Assembly (NCBI RefSeq): GCF_018977255.1
Contig: NW_024704742.1
Coordinates: forward strand, 24,616,001 to 24,680,000
DNA from: Callorhinchus milii
Taxonomy: Eukaryota
DNA: 64,000 nt
Direction: 5' to 3'
Part shown: in pieces, positions 38,641 to 53,784 of the stretch
How the letters are laid out: every line of letters begins with the position of its first letter
Position numbering within the stretch: the stretch's first letter is position 1
Position numbers and translations under genes: made by a program
The notes under the pieces: model-generated
Databases searched by the model: none
What the model was told of the DNA's origin: nothing
The model's input: only the letters and a program-made list of their open reading frames with translations

Positions 38641-38810
38641 CGGGGGAGGGTTTTGCGTAATGAGTGGCTGCTCTGGGACAACCAACGATATGTGCCATGA
38701 TAAGCTTTGAAATGGCATCCTGATGTGAAAGGCATGATAACAAATATAAGCATTATTATTATTTGTAGGAAAATAAAAGCAATATTTTCTTTTATTTCAG
38801 ACACGTGTGA

Positions 38811-41192
38811 ATGAGAACCATGAGAGGTGTCAGTGTGTGGACGCTGCTTGCTGCTGCATGTGTTTACCTGGACATTGCTCGCTCAGAGGCAGACACCTGT
38901 CAAAGATGTGACTCCAGCAACTTCTGTAACTGCTCTTCAATGAACTTAGTGACTATTCCACGTGTGTTGGAGAAAGTCTCAAGATTGAACCTCTCCTACA
39001 ACTTCATAACGCACATCAAGGAAACTGATCTCACTAAGCATATTAAACTCAAAGTACTTATGCTACAATCAAATGAAATACAGTCTATTGATGACCAGGC
39101 ATTTAAGAGCAACGTGGTCCTAGAATACCTTGATTTGTCCAATAACTCCTTGATCCAACTCTCACCAGCTTGGTTTCTGCATCTTTCCAAATTACAACAC
39201 CTGGATCTTTCAGGGAATAAATACAGAAACCTGGGACCAGGCAGACTTTTCTCACATCTGGAAAGCCTCCGGTGGTTAAAAGTTGGAAACGCTTTCTTGT
39301 CTAATCTAAAGAAAGATGACTTTGAAGGAATTTCACATCTCGATGACTTTATTTTACTGGGAAACAAATTGGAATCATACGAGGACAGAAGTTTCAGTTC
39401 TTTCCAAAATGTAAGCCATGCCACTATGAATTTACATGACCCATTCCAAAAAAACCAGACCTTAGCTCAACGGATTATCTGGGATTTAGCACCAGCCACC
39501 ACCCATGTTGAACTGAGAGACTTAGAATATCTGAGTTCCAGTGATACTCAATTATTTTCATTGCCAAATAATTCATCAGTGAAGAAATATACCTTCAGAA
39601 ATAGTTCTCTGAGTGACAGTACAATATATGTTTTACTAAAAAATGGAAGAAACAGTGGAATATCTGAACTAGTTGCAGAAAATTGTGCATTTTCAGGAAG
39701 AGGAGAATGGCACAAAGTTAAAAATATGACATGTGAATCACTTATTTCACTGACAATCAGACATATATCCATAAAACAGTTTTATTTATTTTTTGATCTT
39801 TCGTTCCTTCATGGCTTGATATCCCATGTTAGAACAGCTAGGTTGACAAACTTGAACTTGTTCATGATGCCATGTGGTGTATCCAAAAGTTTTCAAAGAT
39901 TGGAGTATCTTGATTTAAGGGAGAATTTGCTCACTGATTTAATGATGAAAGAAATGGTTTGTGAGAACTCCTGGTCTTCTCTGACGTACCTTATTCTGAG
40001 AAAGAATAAGTTGCATTCTCTCAAGAAAATTAGCCCGATTTTATCTAACATTACCCACCTGATGCACCTCGATTTAAGCCAGAATACATTAAGTGATGTT
40101 GATTTTTGTGTATGGTCAAAAACTCTTCAATTTCTAAACCTTTCAGGCAGTCAATTAAGTACTATATCACAGTGCATCCCTCCAAATATCGAGGTGTTGG
40201 ATTTAAGCAACAATAACATAAGGACATTCACTACCCACCTTCCTTCTCTCAGAGAACTAAATGTGTCCAATAACAAGCTGATGTATTTACCAGGCGGTGG
40301 CTATCTACCAAACGTGAAGATTCTGATGATCAGTGGGAATAATCTCATCTCTATGTCCAGTGATGAAATCACGACATTCGATAAGTTGACAACATTGGAT
40401 GCTGGAAAGAACCATTACATCTGTTCCTGTGAATTCTTGACCTATATAAACAAATACCTAACCCACTCAATACAACTGCTGAACTGGCCGGAAAACTACA
40501 TTTGTGATTCACCTTTAGTTGTCAAGCGAATGATTGTGAAAAATACCAAGCGCTCTTTCTTTGACTGTCACACAACACTCTCTGTCACCTTGTCGTGTGT
40601 GGCTTTGTGTTTGCCAATAGCTATTGTGGGACTATTGTGCTACAAGTATCACGGGATCTGGTACATCCAAATGACCTGGGCGTGGCTCCAGGCAAAAAGG
40701 AAGCCAAAGAAAGTGAGGAATAATAATATTTTCTACGACGCATTTGTTTCTTACAGCGAGATGGATTCTGAGTGGGTGGAAAACTTCCTGCTGAGGGAAT
40801 TAGAAAATACCCATCCACCACTGATACTCTGTCTTCATAAGCGCGATTTCATCCCAGGGAAGTGGATAATTGACAACATCATTGAGTCCATTGAGAAGAG
40901 CAGAAAGACCCTGTTTGTCTTGTCTCAACACTTTGTCCAAAGCGAGTGGTGCAAGTACGAGCTGGACTATTCTCATTTCCGTCTGTTTGATGAGAATAAT
41001 GACACCGCCATTCTTGTTCTGTTGGAGCCAATCCCAAAGGAAACCATTCCTCAGCGATTCTGTAAGCTTAGGAAACTGATGAACACAAAAACCTATTTGG
41101 AATGGCCTGAGGATGAAGTAGAACAGCAAATCTTCTGGTTTAACTTAAAAGTAGCATTAAAAGGTGAGGAAAACATAAGAGGACATCAGTAA
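38811..41192 (+). CDS. TLR2: Toll-like receptor 2, paralogue B (793 aa, single coding exon)
   Basis: Same architecture and ~97% aa identity to copy A; acceptor tttcag|acacgtgtgaATG at 38800/38801; tail-to-tail with RNF175 as for human TLR2. Confidence 0.97.
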   Translation: MRTMRGVSVWTLLAAACVYLDIARSEADTCQRCDSSNFCNCSSMNLVTIPRVLEKVSRLNLSYNFITHIKETDLTKHIKLKVLMLQSNEIQSIDDQAFKSNVVLEYLDLSNNSLIQLSPAWFLHLSKLQHLDLSGNKYRNLGPGRLFSHLESLRWLKVGNAFLSNLKKDDFEGISHLDDFILLGNKLESYEDRSFSSFQNVSHATMNLHDPFQKNQTLAQRIIWDLAPATTHVELRDLEYLSSSDTQLFSLPNNSSVKKYTFRNSSLSDSTIYVLLKNGRNSGISELVAENCAFSGRGEWHKVKNMTCESLISLTIRHISIKQFYLFFDLSFLHGLISHVRTARLTNLNLFMMPCGVSKSFQRLEYLDLRENLLTDLMMKEMVCENSWSSLTYLILRKNKLHSLKKISPILSNITHLMHLDLSQNTLSDVDFCVWSKTLQFLNLSGSQLSTISQCIPPNIEVLDLSNNNIRTFTTHLPSLRELNVSNNKLMYLPGGGYLPNVKILMISGNNLISMSSDEITTFDKLTTLDAGKNHYICSCEFLTYINKYLTHSIQLLNWPENYICDSPLVVKRMIVKNTKRSFFDCHTTLSVTLSCVALCLPIAIVGLLCYKYHGIWYIQMTWAWLQAKRKPKKVRNNNIFYDAFVSYSEMDSEWVENFLLRELENTHPPLILCLHKRDFIPGKWIIDNIIESIEKSRKTLFVLSQHFVQSEWCKYELDYSHFRLFDENNDTAILVLLEPIPKETIPQRFCKLRKLMNTKTYLEWPEDEVEQQIFWFNLKVALKGEENIRGHQ

Positions 41193-41504
41193 AAAAAAAT
41201 CTTCAGTACTTCGGAGATGAGAAAAGACGTCTGGGTTTCAAATAATTTTGCAAGTGTGTCCATAGTGTTTGGAAATAGGAACTGGAGTGAATTTAAATGA
41301 ATGTTGCATGAGGTACACCTCTATCACACATTGTTATAAACTCACCTGAGTTCCTAATATTCAGTCCCGTGGATTGGTATTAATGATAAGAAGGCATGAA
41401 ACAAGAAATAACTATTTGAACCTTTAGGACCGCTGCCTCCTGAGACCAGGAACAACATCTCATCACTCTCTCTACCTGTTTCATCTGTTTATGGTCAATT
41501 CTGC

Positions 41505-41510
41505 AATAAA
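41505..41510 (+). promoter_or_regulatory. Candidate polyadenylation signal of TLR2-B
   Basis: First AATAAA noticed, ~310 nt after the stop; motif only. Confidence 0.35.
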
Positions 41511-42204
41511 CCTCCAATCAAGTGAGAATCCAGAATGTCTGCTCATCTTTACATTTCCACATTTCCACTTAATGTAGTCCATACACCACTGCTCCCTGGC
41601 TTGATGACTTCAGTCTTACTTGACTCTATAATCTAAAATCATGTAACAAGATAGATGTTTACCCACATCCAATTTTCATTGCTGACCACAAATGGCAAAG
41701 ATGCATGAAAAAGCTCACAGAACACATGGAATCGTTAAAAAACTGTAGGCTCCACTTGTAATTATTGTGCCTTCAGTAATCTGCAAACGCCTATATCTAC
41801 CCAATGGTATTTGACATTCTCCAGAGAAAACCTATCACTTTCTCTTTACTCTGAACTATTAAATGTATGCAGGTGCTTATCTAATGCAAGAAAAAGTGCA
41901 CAGAATCTGAAATTTAGGAACTTGGACACAGGAAGGCAGAACTGTTTGACACAAAGTGCTAAGTATTTGCATAATAAATTTGCGCGCTAAGTCAGATGGA
42001 CAATCTGCTTTTCTTGCTAACTTTTAAACCGGTTGACCACGATGTCACTGCAAAAATGCAATCTCTTCAAATTTCAAGCAACTAACAAATGTATATATAT
42101 CTCCACATTAAAAAAATATGTTTTACATAGAGAAATGAGTTACTTATTTCAGTACAAAGCAGTATATTTGGTTTTCGTCTTACGAGCTGGAATTGTCCAA
42201 TCTG

Positions 42205-42570
42205 CGGTCTGCAGGGTTCTGTCTGACAGATGGTTATCAAAATTCTGAGGGGTTTTAATAGTCAATGGGGAGAAATTATTCTCACTGGTTGGTTAATCAG
42301 TGGCCACAGGGCATCAATTCGAGTTTGTTACCAAAGAGCAAATGGAGAGGTTAGGTGAATTTTATTTGTACGCAGAGCAGTTAGGATATGGCTGGAGTGG
42401 AGCACTATTTGGAGCAGAATCCATATTAGCTTCAAAGGGAAGTAGGTAAATATCTAAGAAGAAGCAAACTACAGGGATATGAGGAAAGGGCAGGTAAATG
42501 GGACTGAAATAGTCAGCACAGACATGATGGGCTGAATGGCTCTCCCGCGTGCTGTAAATTTCTATGTAAA
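42205..42570 (+). mobile_element. Old CR1 3' fragment
   Basis: Tail gatgggctgaatggctctcc...tctatg. Confidence 0.65.
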
Positions 42571-45112
42571 TTTCATTGCTGTGCGCAATTGACTGGCAAT
42601 TTGCCCACAAAATACACAGTAAATCCATTATTAAGGTTAAGCTTGAGCATATAAAATACATATTAGGTGGACCTAGTTTGTCAAGTTGCTTTGAAATTAC
42701 CTTTAAATTAATTGTTGATGCAAGATACTGCACGGAATAAACAAATTCTAAATTGCACTGAATGATTCAGCGAACAAGTTTTCCAGTGCGAAAGTATTGA
42801 TCTCCTTGGTGGTCTTACTGACTCGTGATTAATATTTAAAATGTCATCATATAATACGTAATATAACATTAATATAACATCTGCATAACTTTACAGAACA
42901 GATGTTTGAATCGTTAATAAAGACTTGGGTCGCTCAATTGTTTTGTGTTAAATCTGTACATACTCAAACCTCAGGTATTCACTGAAGTAACTTCCAAAGA
43001 AAAGTTCTGTTTCTGTTTAAGTCTCATTTTGTGTGAAAGGAATGTCTGTCTGCGCATTCAGGTCAGAAACAGTTTGAAGTCTTTCACATAATTAAGTTAT
43101 ATTTCGAAATCTATCAAAGATCAGGTCAATAACGAATCCTTTAAACATTTGCCATCAGAGAACAACTACTCCCATGTGTTTTACTTTAAAATTTGTCATT
43201 GTACTTTCTGGCAACATAAACCAAAGATGTTACCAATCTTCGTGCTACATCAGCAGAAGTCACATATAAAAACACTTTGAAAGGTCAAATGGGTGGTATT
43301 TTAGTTTAAAAGATGATTTTAGCATGGATTGTGCAAACTTTTGATGTTATTCAGAACAATACTTTTAGATACACCAAGATAGTACAAGACAACCTAATTT
43401 TGAGTTGCAAAGGGCAGGTTCACGACACACTAGGAAGTATTTCATTACTTAAAAGGTAATTAATGACTGGAACAGATTGCCATTTAAGTGGTTTTGGCCA
43501 GTTCACTGGACTTACTTAAAAAGCAGCTTGATGCTGCGATGGGAAAATGGTGTATTCTGAATATTCTGAAAGGATGAGAAGGGACCATTGCAAACTAATC
43601 TTCTGATTTGTAAGCTTGTATCTTTGTGCCTCCAGGAACACTGCACTTGACAGACTGCCTGTCAACTGTTAAATCTTGGCTGAGCCTTAGGTTAATAGTA
43701 TTGATAGTAGATGTAAAGCAAATACTGAGCCAGAAAGTAAAGGAATTAAGGTGTCGGCAAAGATAGGCAGTCGTCAGAGTGATTTGAGTGTAGATTCAGA
43801 TGTCTCGCAGTCTCAAACTAACTCTCAAGTAACAAGAATAAGTATAAGAATACATTGAGCCATCAAACGCACTCCTTCCACAGGCTGTAAACATTACTGC
43901 ACCTACTTGTCTCCGTCAGAATTGCAGCTCGATTGCCAACAGTCCCACCCCAAGGAGCATCATTACCTTCAGTCCCAATTCTAAGCAAAACATCAAAGTC
44001 CTTTTTGAAGGAATTAATTAACAGTGCAGTCTTTTCTTACTTGAGGAAAAAAGAGAATTCAAATCCCTTTATAATAGTTTTATTTTAAAATCTGCCTAAT
44101 GGTTTGGCGGTGGTGACATCATGAGCAGGGAACCTGCAAACTGGTTTGAGTGGAGACTGATGTCTGTTAGAAGTTGCCTTTACTGTTTGCATGGTATTGT
44201 TTCAGTCACTTACACCTAACAGGTAGCAGGAACTGTTAAAGGATGTTGTTGTCTGAAGGAGGCCTGATTTACATGAAAACTTATCGACTGTATGAATGTG
44301 TATTTTGTGAATGTCACAGTACACTAACTAGGGGATAAAACACAAGGTGTTTGAGCAGGCAGCAGAGTTGTACCTTGTGGGGGGCGGGGGGGGGGGGGGG
44401 GGTACTTATAACAAGCAAGTGGGTCAGCTTGCTTCTCTGCTCAAACCGTAAATGGCAGCATTATGACTCTGACTTAAGGCTTTGGAGTGTTGTCAAAAAT
44501 ATATGCTTGTTTCCATTAAGTAGTTTAAAGTTATTTCGAGAAGTGCGCATTTTAAATTTAATATAACCAGGATACTGGCTTAATCCTCCTGACTCGAGAA
44601 GCCCCGACTCTAATCACTGAAGCTTGGGTATAAAATTTCAAGCTCCGTGACAATGGCATGGCTCCATTCTTTATTAAAGGCTATTTACAGAACCTGCATT
44701 TGGAACTAAAAAAGTACTTTGTAAGTATAAAGTACAGTAAATGTATCTGGCAAAATAGTCTCAATTATGTGATAAGGTGCTATATCAAATGCAAGGATAA
44801 TCATTATTATTACTGCCAGTGGTGGATAAAATAACGCTTTACAGCTTTTTAATTCAAAGACTAATTGAGCTACTTGCAGCCATTAATAAGATGGAGGGAA
44901 ATACGTGTTTAGATAAATACAATGAATGCAAAAATATTATAAAAACAATATTTAATATCTAAATAGTAATTATAGATGGGTAAAAAGCCAAATCAGCACT
45001 GAAAGAATCATGTAATTCCGAATTTATGGATTATTTGCTACCAGTCTCGCTTCTAATAGAACTAAACCTGAAATGGAAAATCACAGACAAGGGGTGAAAA
45101 TAGTAATCACAT

Positions 45113-45118
45113 TTTATT
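45113..45118 (-). promoter_or_regulatory. Candidate polyadenylation signal of RNF175
   Basis: AATAAA on minus ~720 nt after the stop; motif only. Confidence 0.35.
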
Positions 45119-45840
45119 TAAGTGGTTACAGTATGTATGCTTAAGATGAAATAGAAAAACCAGAAAGAAAATCACTGCAGAATATATGAATTTGGATGTT
45201 GTGGATATACAACATACTCAGTATTCTAATACTGCTTACAAATATGACAACCTAAAAATAATAATAAATTAACGTTGTGCATTATGCATTCTAGCATAAA
45301 TTCTTAACACATTCGCTGTAAACAGTACAGAACCTGAAAGTTGGACGATTTCAACTTTTTTTAATAAGTTATGCATTTATACATTTTACAGTCAAGTTTG
45401 GCTTTAACATACTCACAATGGATGAATCAGAATTATAGCCAACAATGCATCATAAGTACAGAAAGGTAAACACGTCTGCCTTTGTCAACTCTGTTGCTGG
45501 GTGCTGATGTGAAAGGCATTATACAAATGTAATTTTTTTGTTGTTGCTGCATTCTCCTCTAATGATATAACATGGGACTTGTTCCACAAAACCCAGTGTC
45601 ACTGCACAATCATTTTTTAAAAAATATTTTTTCAAATACTGCAGTTTAATATGTGACAACACAGACACAGTAAAAAGTGATTAATTTACAATCATGTTTC
45701 AGCTACCTAATACTAATTGCCATATTTTTAGAGTAAAGAGCTCATTTTGTTTATACAATATTAAGTACAGAATATACAGAAATTGTCTCTTTCCATTTAT
45801 GACATATTGCTCAATTATACATTCAAATAATTTCTATGAT

Positions 45841-47267
<1,427 letters not shown>

Positions 47268-47499
47268 TTAAGGATATGATGCTCGTCTAGGGCAGTAACA
47301 CAAGCGTTAAATAACTGTTTGCATTTATTCACTGGGTTGTTTGCAGTATAGCAGGAATGTAACAAGACAATGTTGAAAACAGCGTTAAAAACAGATGCTA
47401 AGAGGCAAAATTCTCACATTTTCATTATAAAATATAATATTCCACAATCTAATAATAAATACTTGCAATTACATATTACATTGTTCACTGTAACATAAT

Positions 47500-49570
47500 G
47501 AATGTAGACAGGGAAAAGAAGCAGAATGGATAGCAAGCTGGCTACAAGACAGAAAACAGAGAGTAGGGATAAAAGGTAGCTTCTCAGACTGGCAGAGGGT
47601 GGGAAGTGGTTCTTCACAAGGATCGGTATTGGGATAACTGTTGTTCACAATTTACATTAATGATTTGGACTCGGGGATTGAAAGTACAATTTCAAAATTT
47701 GCGGACGACACCAATTGGGGAGTGTAGTTAATTCTGAGGTGCACTGCAACAAATTACAAAAAGACATTAATAAACTTGCTGAATGGGCATTTAATTGGCA
47801 AATAAATTTCAATTTAGATAAGTGTGAGGTGGTACATTTTGGTCGGAGAAATAAGGAGGTCACATACTGCCTGGAAAATAAGAATCTAAATGGGGTAGAG
47901 GAGCAAAGGGATCTAGGGGTACAGGTGCACAAATCGCTAAAAGTAGCGACACAGGTTAATAAGGCCATAAAGAAGCAAACCATTTCTAGAGGGATCTTTG
48001 CTTCCTGCAAAGCTTGAAATGAAGAACAGGGAAGTTATGCTAAACTTATATCGAACCTTGGTTAGACCACACTTGGTGTACTGTGTACAGTTCTGGTCCC
48101 CATATTATAGAAAGGATTTTGAGGCACTGGAGAAGGTGCAAAGGAAATTTACAAGGATGATACCAGTACTGCGATCAGGAAAGGTTGAACAAGCTTGAGC
48201 TCTTTTCTCTTGAAAAGAGGAGGGTAAAGGGTGACCCAATAGAGGTCTTTAAAATTATGAAAGGTTTTGATAGGGTAGACATAGGGAAGATGTTTCCACT
48301 TGTGGGGGAGACCAAAACCAAGGCCATAAATATAAAATAGTCACCAATACAACAAAAAATTTACATTTATAGAGCGCCTTTCACGTCGGGAGGACGTCCC
48401 AAAGCAGTGAACGGCACAAGCATGGGGGAGGGGTGGTTTAGGGAAGAGGGAAGGCAGAGAGGTGAGAGGGTGACCAAAGGCACGATCGAAGAGAAGGATC
48501 TTGAGACCGGCCTTGAGGGAGGCAAGGGAGGAAGCGAGGCGAAGGGACCGTGGGATGGAGTTCCAGAGTGTGGGGCAGAGAGGCTGAAAGCCCGGCCACC
48601 AATGGTAGAGCGGGTCGGACAGGAGACATGGAGTAGGCCGGAGCCTGATGAACGGAGGGAGTGGGCAGGTTGGTAGGAAGTCAGCAGGTCAGAAAGGTAG
48701 GAGGGGGCAAGGCCATGGATGGCCTTAAATGTGAGGACGAAGATCTTGAACTCGATCCTCTGGGGGATGGGGAGCCAGTGGAGTCGGGTGAGAGTGGGAG
48801 TGATGGAGTCACGGAGCCTGATGTGCGAGAGTACACGAGCTGTGGTGTTTTGGATGATCTGCAGCTTGTGAAGGGAAGAGTTGGGAAGGCCGATGAGGAG
48901 AGAGTTCCCGTAATTGAGCCTTGATGTGACAAATGCGTAGGTGAGGGTTTCAGCAGCCTGAGGGGTGAGGCAGTGGCGGAGTCTGGCAATATTGCAGAGG
49001 TGGTGGAAGGCACTGCTGGTCATGGCGCAGATGTGGGGGAGAAAGGACAGTTCAGGGTTAAACAAGACACCCGGGTTCGTGACTGGCTTAGTGAGGTCAA
49101 ATAGGGAATAAGTCAAACAGGGAAGTCAGAAGAAACTTTTTTACCTAGAGAGTGGTGGGAATGCAAAACTTGCTGCCGCAAGGAGTGGTTGAGGCGAATG
49201 ACATAGATGCATGTAAGGGAAAGCCAGATAAGTACGAGGGAGACAGGAACAGAAGGTTATGCTGATAGGCTTAATTGAGGAAGAACAGGAGGCTCATGTG
49301 GAGCATAAACCGGCCTTGAAGGAGGCAAGGGAGGAAGTGAGGCGAAGGGACCGTGGGAAGGAGTTCCAGAGTGTGGGGGCAGAGAGGCCAAAAGCCCAGC
49401 CACCGATGGTAGGGCGGGTCGGGCGGGAGACATGGAGCAGGCTGGAGCCCGCTGAACGGAGGGAGCGGGCAGGTTGGTAGGGAGTCAGCAGGTCAGAAAG
49501 GTAGGATGGCCTTAAAAATATAGACCAGTTGGACTGAATGGCCTGTTTCTGGACTGTATATTCTATGTAA
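47500..49570 (+). mobile_element. CR1 3' half inside the RNF175 U12 intron, with nested antisense L2 pieces
   Basis: KFADDT, DKCEVVHFG, LVRPHLVYCVQFWSP; CR1 tail near 49530-49570. Confidence 0.88.
48349..49100 (-). mobile_element. L2 3' portion nested in CR1
   Basis: ORF 48367-49116: ELSFLPHI, LHWLPIPQRIEFKI; L2 tail. Confidence 0.9.
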
Positions 49571-51005
49571 TTAAATGTAGTCTCCATCTACTTCACACAA
49601 CCGGTTATTTTTAAGGCAAATGAGGGAGCTATTTTGCACCAACGTCCCACAAATTGAAATGAATGACCATTTAATTTGTATGAATGAATTTGGATGAGAT
49701 TAGACTGAACTTTTTAAAATGTCCAACAGAACTGCAGATAGGACTTCCTAGCTATTTGTTTCAACCTCCAACAATGCGGAGTTCTCTCAGTACTGCACTG
49801 ATAGACAGGCCAGATATGGGCTCAAATGTTTTTGCTGTGGGGGAAAAGTTGAACACCGAACCTTTTGACCCAATGAAAAGAGCTACAACTGAGCCAAACT
49901 GATGCAATAAAGTCCATTACTACTTCAAAAGGTGTAAAGTTGTATTTATATAATTATATACAAACATTGTTCAGTTGACAACCAGAACATGATGCTGAAT
50001 TATGTATGTATTTTCTGAAATAAATTTTTATAGTGGAGTCATTCTGAACGGTGCAGTATTTTTTGGCCTACAAAATGAGCTATTTGCACAATTATGATAA
50101 CTTCATAGCATATCAATGTGGAATTTTATCAAAGTACCAAATATTACTAGATGTTGAAGATTGTACCAAACTAACGCTCTTAAAACCCACAGCTTCCCTG
50201 TCATTCGTGCTTGAGTAAGGGAATATTTCACCATTGCTCAGCCAGCTATTAGATACACCAAGTGACAGCAGGTTAGGATTCTGTTTGGAAGGATGAGTCA
50301 GAAAAAGAAATATGCAGAACTGTTCAAAATGAACACTGCACAATTTCCATTTGTGTTGGAAAGTACCAAGTTAAATTTACTTGAATGATATTTCACAACT
50401 TAAAACTCGTGCATTAATTGAGGACAATAATGGCAATTGTACAGCAAAATGACTGAAGCTTCTATACTCATAGCATTTTACAGCTCTTTGGGAGAATACA
50501 TGTAACAAAAATGTTGGCCTTAAAACAATTGTGTTACACTCTACAATTGACAAAATCTGTGAAAGTTGGAATGATTATGAAGTGCTCATGAAATTTATGT
50601 CCCCCAAGAGATAATCAGGAGTGGGTAATTCTACAGCACCACCACTGTGAACTGTCCAGTACTACAACAGTTTGCAAAGTGCAAATAAAGCCTGGTTTAT
50701 CCCTTCAGAAGTGATGCCTCATTTCTCGAGTGGAACGATGTGGGGCGTGAAGCCTGATTTATTATCCCGCTTCCCTCTCTCTAACCAGTCAGGCTATAAT
50801 GTTTAATGTTTCAAGAGACTTTTTAAAACTTTGCGACCATGTACCTCAAACACAATTCGCCACGATTTTCACAGTGCAGTATAAACTAGCGTAGAATAAA
50901 CGAGGTAATAAAAATGATTTAGTATAAGTGTTGTATAAACTAGGTAATAAAAGTTATGGTCACAAAACTTGAACCTTAGAATGCAATGGTGATAAAAATT
51001 AATCA

Positions 51006-51406
<401 letters not shown>

Positions 51407-51917
51407 TTAAGGAAAAGGTCATTTCAGATTAGTTAAAAATGGTCAATTTCACACAGTCAGGTCGAACAGCCAGTTTATAAAACAAGATTGGAATTTAGAG
51501 TGTGAATTATAATGTTGCTCTAAATCTCTTTATCACTGCGCAATAAACAGCTTAAATTTGGTCCCTGGCATACATTCAATACATCTTTTGAAACTGTCAT
51601 GATGGAGCATCATTGCAGCTGTAATTGCTAAGATTATTTGATGTTATTTAATGCTTCTTACAGATCTATAGAACAAACTATTCATTCTGAAGTTTAAACA
51701 TGGAAAGTGTACTTGGTACATGGAGTTTAATATTACTTTTGTGGGCCACAAACACACAAAACAGAGAATTAACTATAAACCACATCAAAAAAGTATCTGC
51801 TACAAGTATATCGCATTGTAATGCGTGTGAAAATAAATGTTAAAAAGTGTTACAATCTGTAACAAGTTTGGGCATTGAGATTTATTCAAAATAAGCCCCA
51901 ATAAGTGAATGTGGTTA

Positions 51918-52127
<210 letters not shown>

Positions 52128-53784
52128 TTAATTAAAATGAAATATTTAGTATACATGCATATCGCAATGAAAAAGAAGCATTAATATTGCAATGGTTTAA
52201 CACAGTTTCAGCCCGTGAAGACTTGTAAATGGTTAGAACCCACACAATGTTGTAATAATCTTGAGGCAATTACAGAATCTAGTCTATGAAGTTAGGAACA
52301 GTGGTATGCAACAAGTGGTAATTTGGTCAATGGTAACACAAACCAGATGTGTGCCAATACTATAATTTTTTTCTCCATCTCTCCAAATTCATCCAGCAGT
52401 GCTGATCCAGTGATTCCCCACTCAAGTTGCTTATTGTTCATGTCTGGACCAAAAATATTCACAAGCAACCATGTTGAGGGGGAAAGATAATGCACAATCT
52501 TATTTCAATCAATCCATCATATACATACATGCACTTTTTGCAGGGATCACTAGAGAGCATAAGCAGGGACACTGGATTACTTCTGTCCTCACCAGCTATT
52601 GCTGTTTAAGTTGCTCAAACAATGGTTCTGCTTTAGATCAGCAAACAGACTAGTAATTGATCCTGAGATTTTATGATCTTTATGCTCAGTAGCACACACT
52701 GCAATGCCTTACCAATTGAACTATAAAGGAGATTATGGTTGTTGATGTGGTCTTCTTACATTAGTGCAGCTATTGAAATATGTCTAGCATTTCAAGTATT
52801 ATATACATGAAAAACGTGCAATTTAAAATAAAATGGAAAATAACACAAATCCAAATTAAAAGGGAGATCATTTCTGGCTTCTTGATTTAGTGAAGCACTT
52901 TTTTAAAAAAAAATTGTGTCATTGGACAAATGGGATATACAGACTCTTTGAGAGGGCTATTTCAAAATCAACGGTCAAAGTCCAATGAAATAAAATAATA
53001 ATCCTTGCATTTGATTCATTTGAAACATAGGATTCCTGAATCAAGATCTTTTGAATAACCAAGGTTATAGGCAAGTTGTCTGATAAAACAAGGGTTGTAA
53101 TTGTAAGTGTCAAGTATCCTATTTATGTGTGCTGATTCACTACATCTCTGACACTAGAACTCTTCACTCCTCCTTCTCATATTATTTTATCTTTCAGGAT
53201 TCATTACAGTTTACTGAATAATCTTGCATTAATGAATGCACAAGTTAAACCATGATCCTTATGCAATTTGCTGGACAGTGCACTTTCTGAATGTTTTTTT
53301 GCAAGTGACAGAAAAACCTTCTTAAAAAATTTAACAAGTTAGCAACCATATAGTCTGGCGAAGAAGCTTATAGAAAATTATACAATTGCACACTCAACGG
53401 AAGTCAGAAACCAGGGCAGAGATTACTGATACAGAATAATAAAACTGTTTCAAATCCACTAATTATAAAATGATTTGTTATCTTGCCATCTTGTTGCATC
53501 TTCCTGTCACATTAAATAATTTAGATTTTTACTTAAGAGGGTTCTAAATTTCCAAAGTTACATCAGATCCTTGGTTTAGTAGAACATAAGTGAATATACA
53601 TTAGGAAGAATTTTGACAAAATGTATGAAATAACTGGTTATGTTTTATGCCTCAACTAGATTAATACAATTTACACTTATAAAGCACCTTTCAGGATGGG
53701 AGGATTAAGCAAACAAGCTTCCATAACAGGGACTGTTCTATCTCATTAGCATAAACTGTGAAACTGTGATCACACTAAAGTTAT

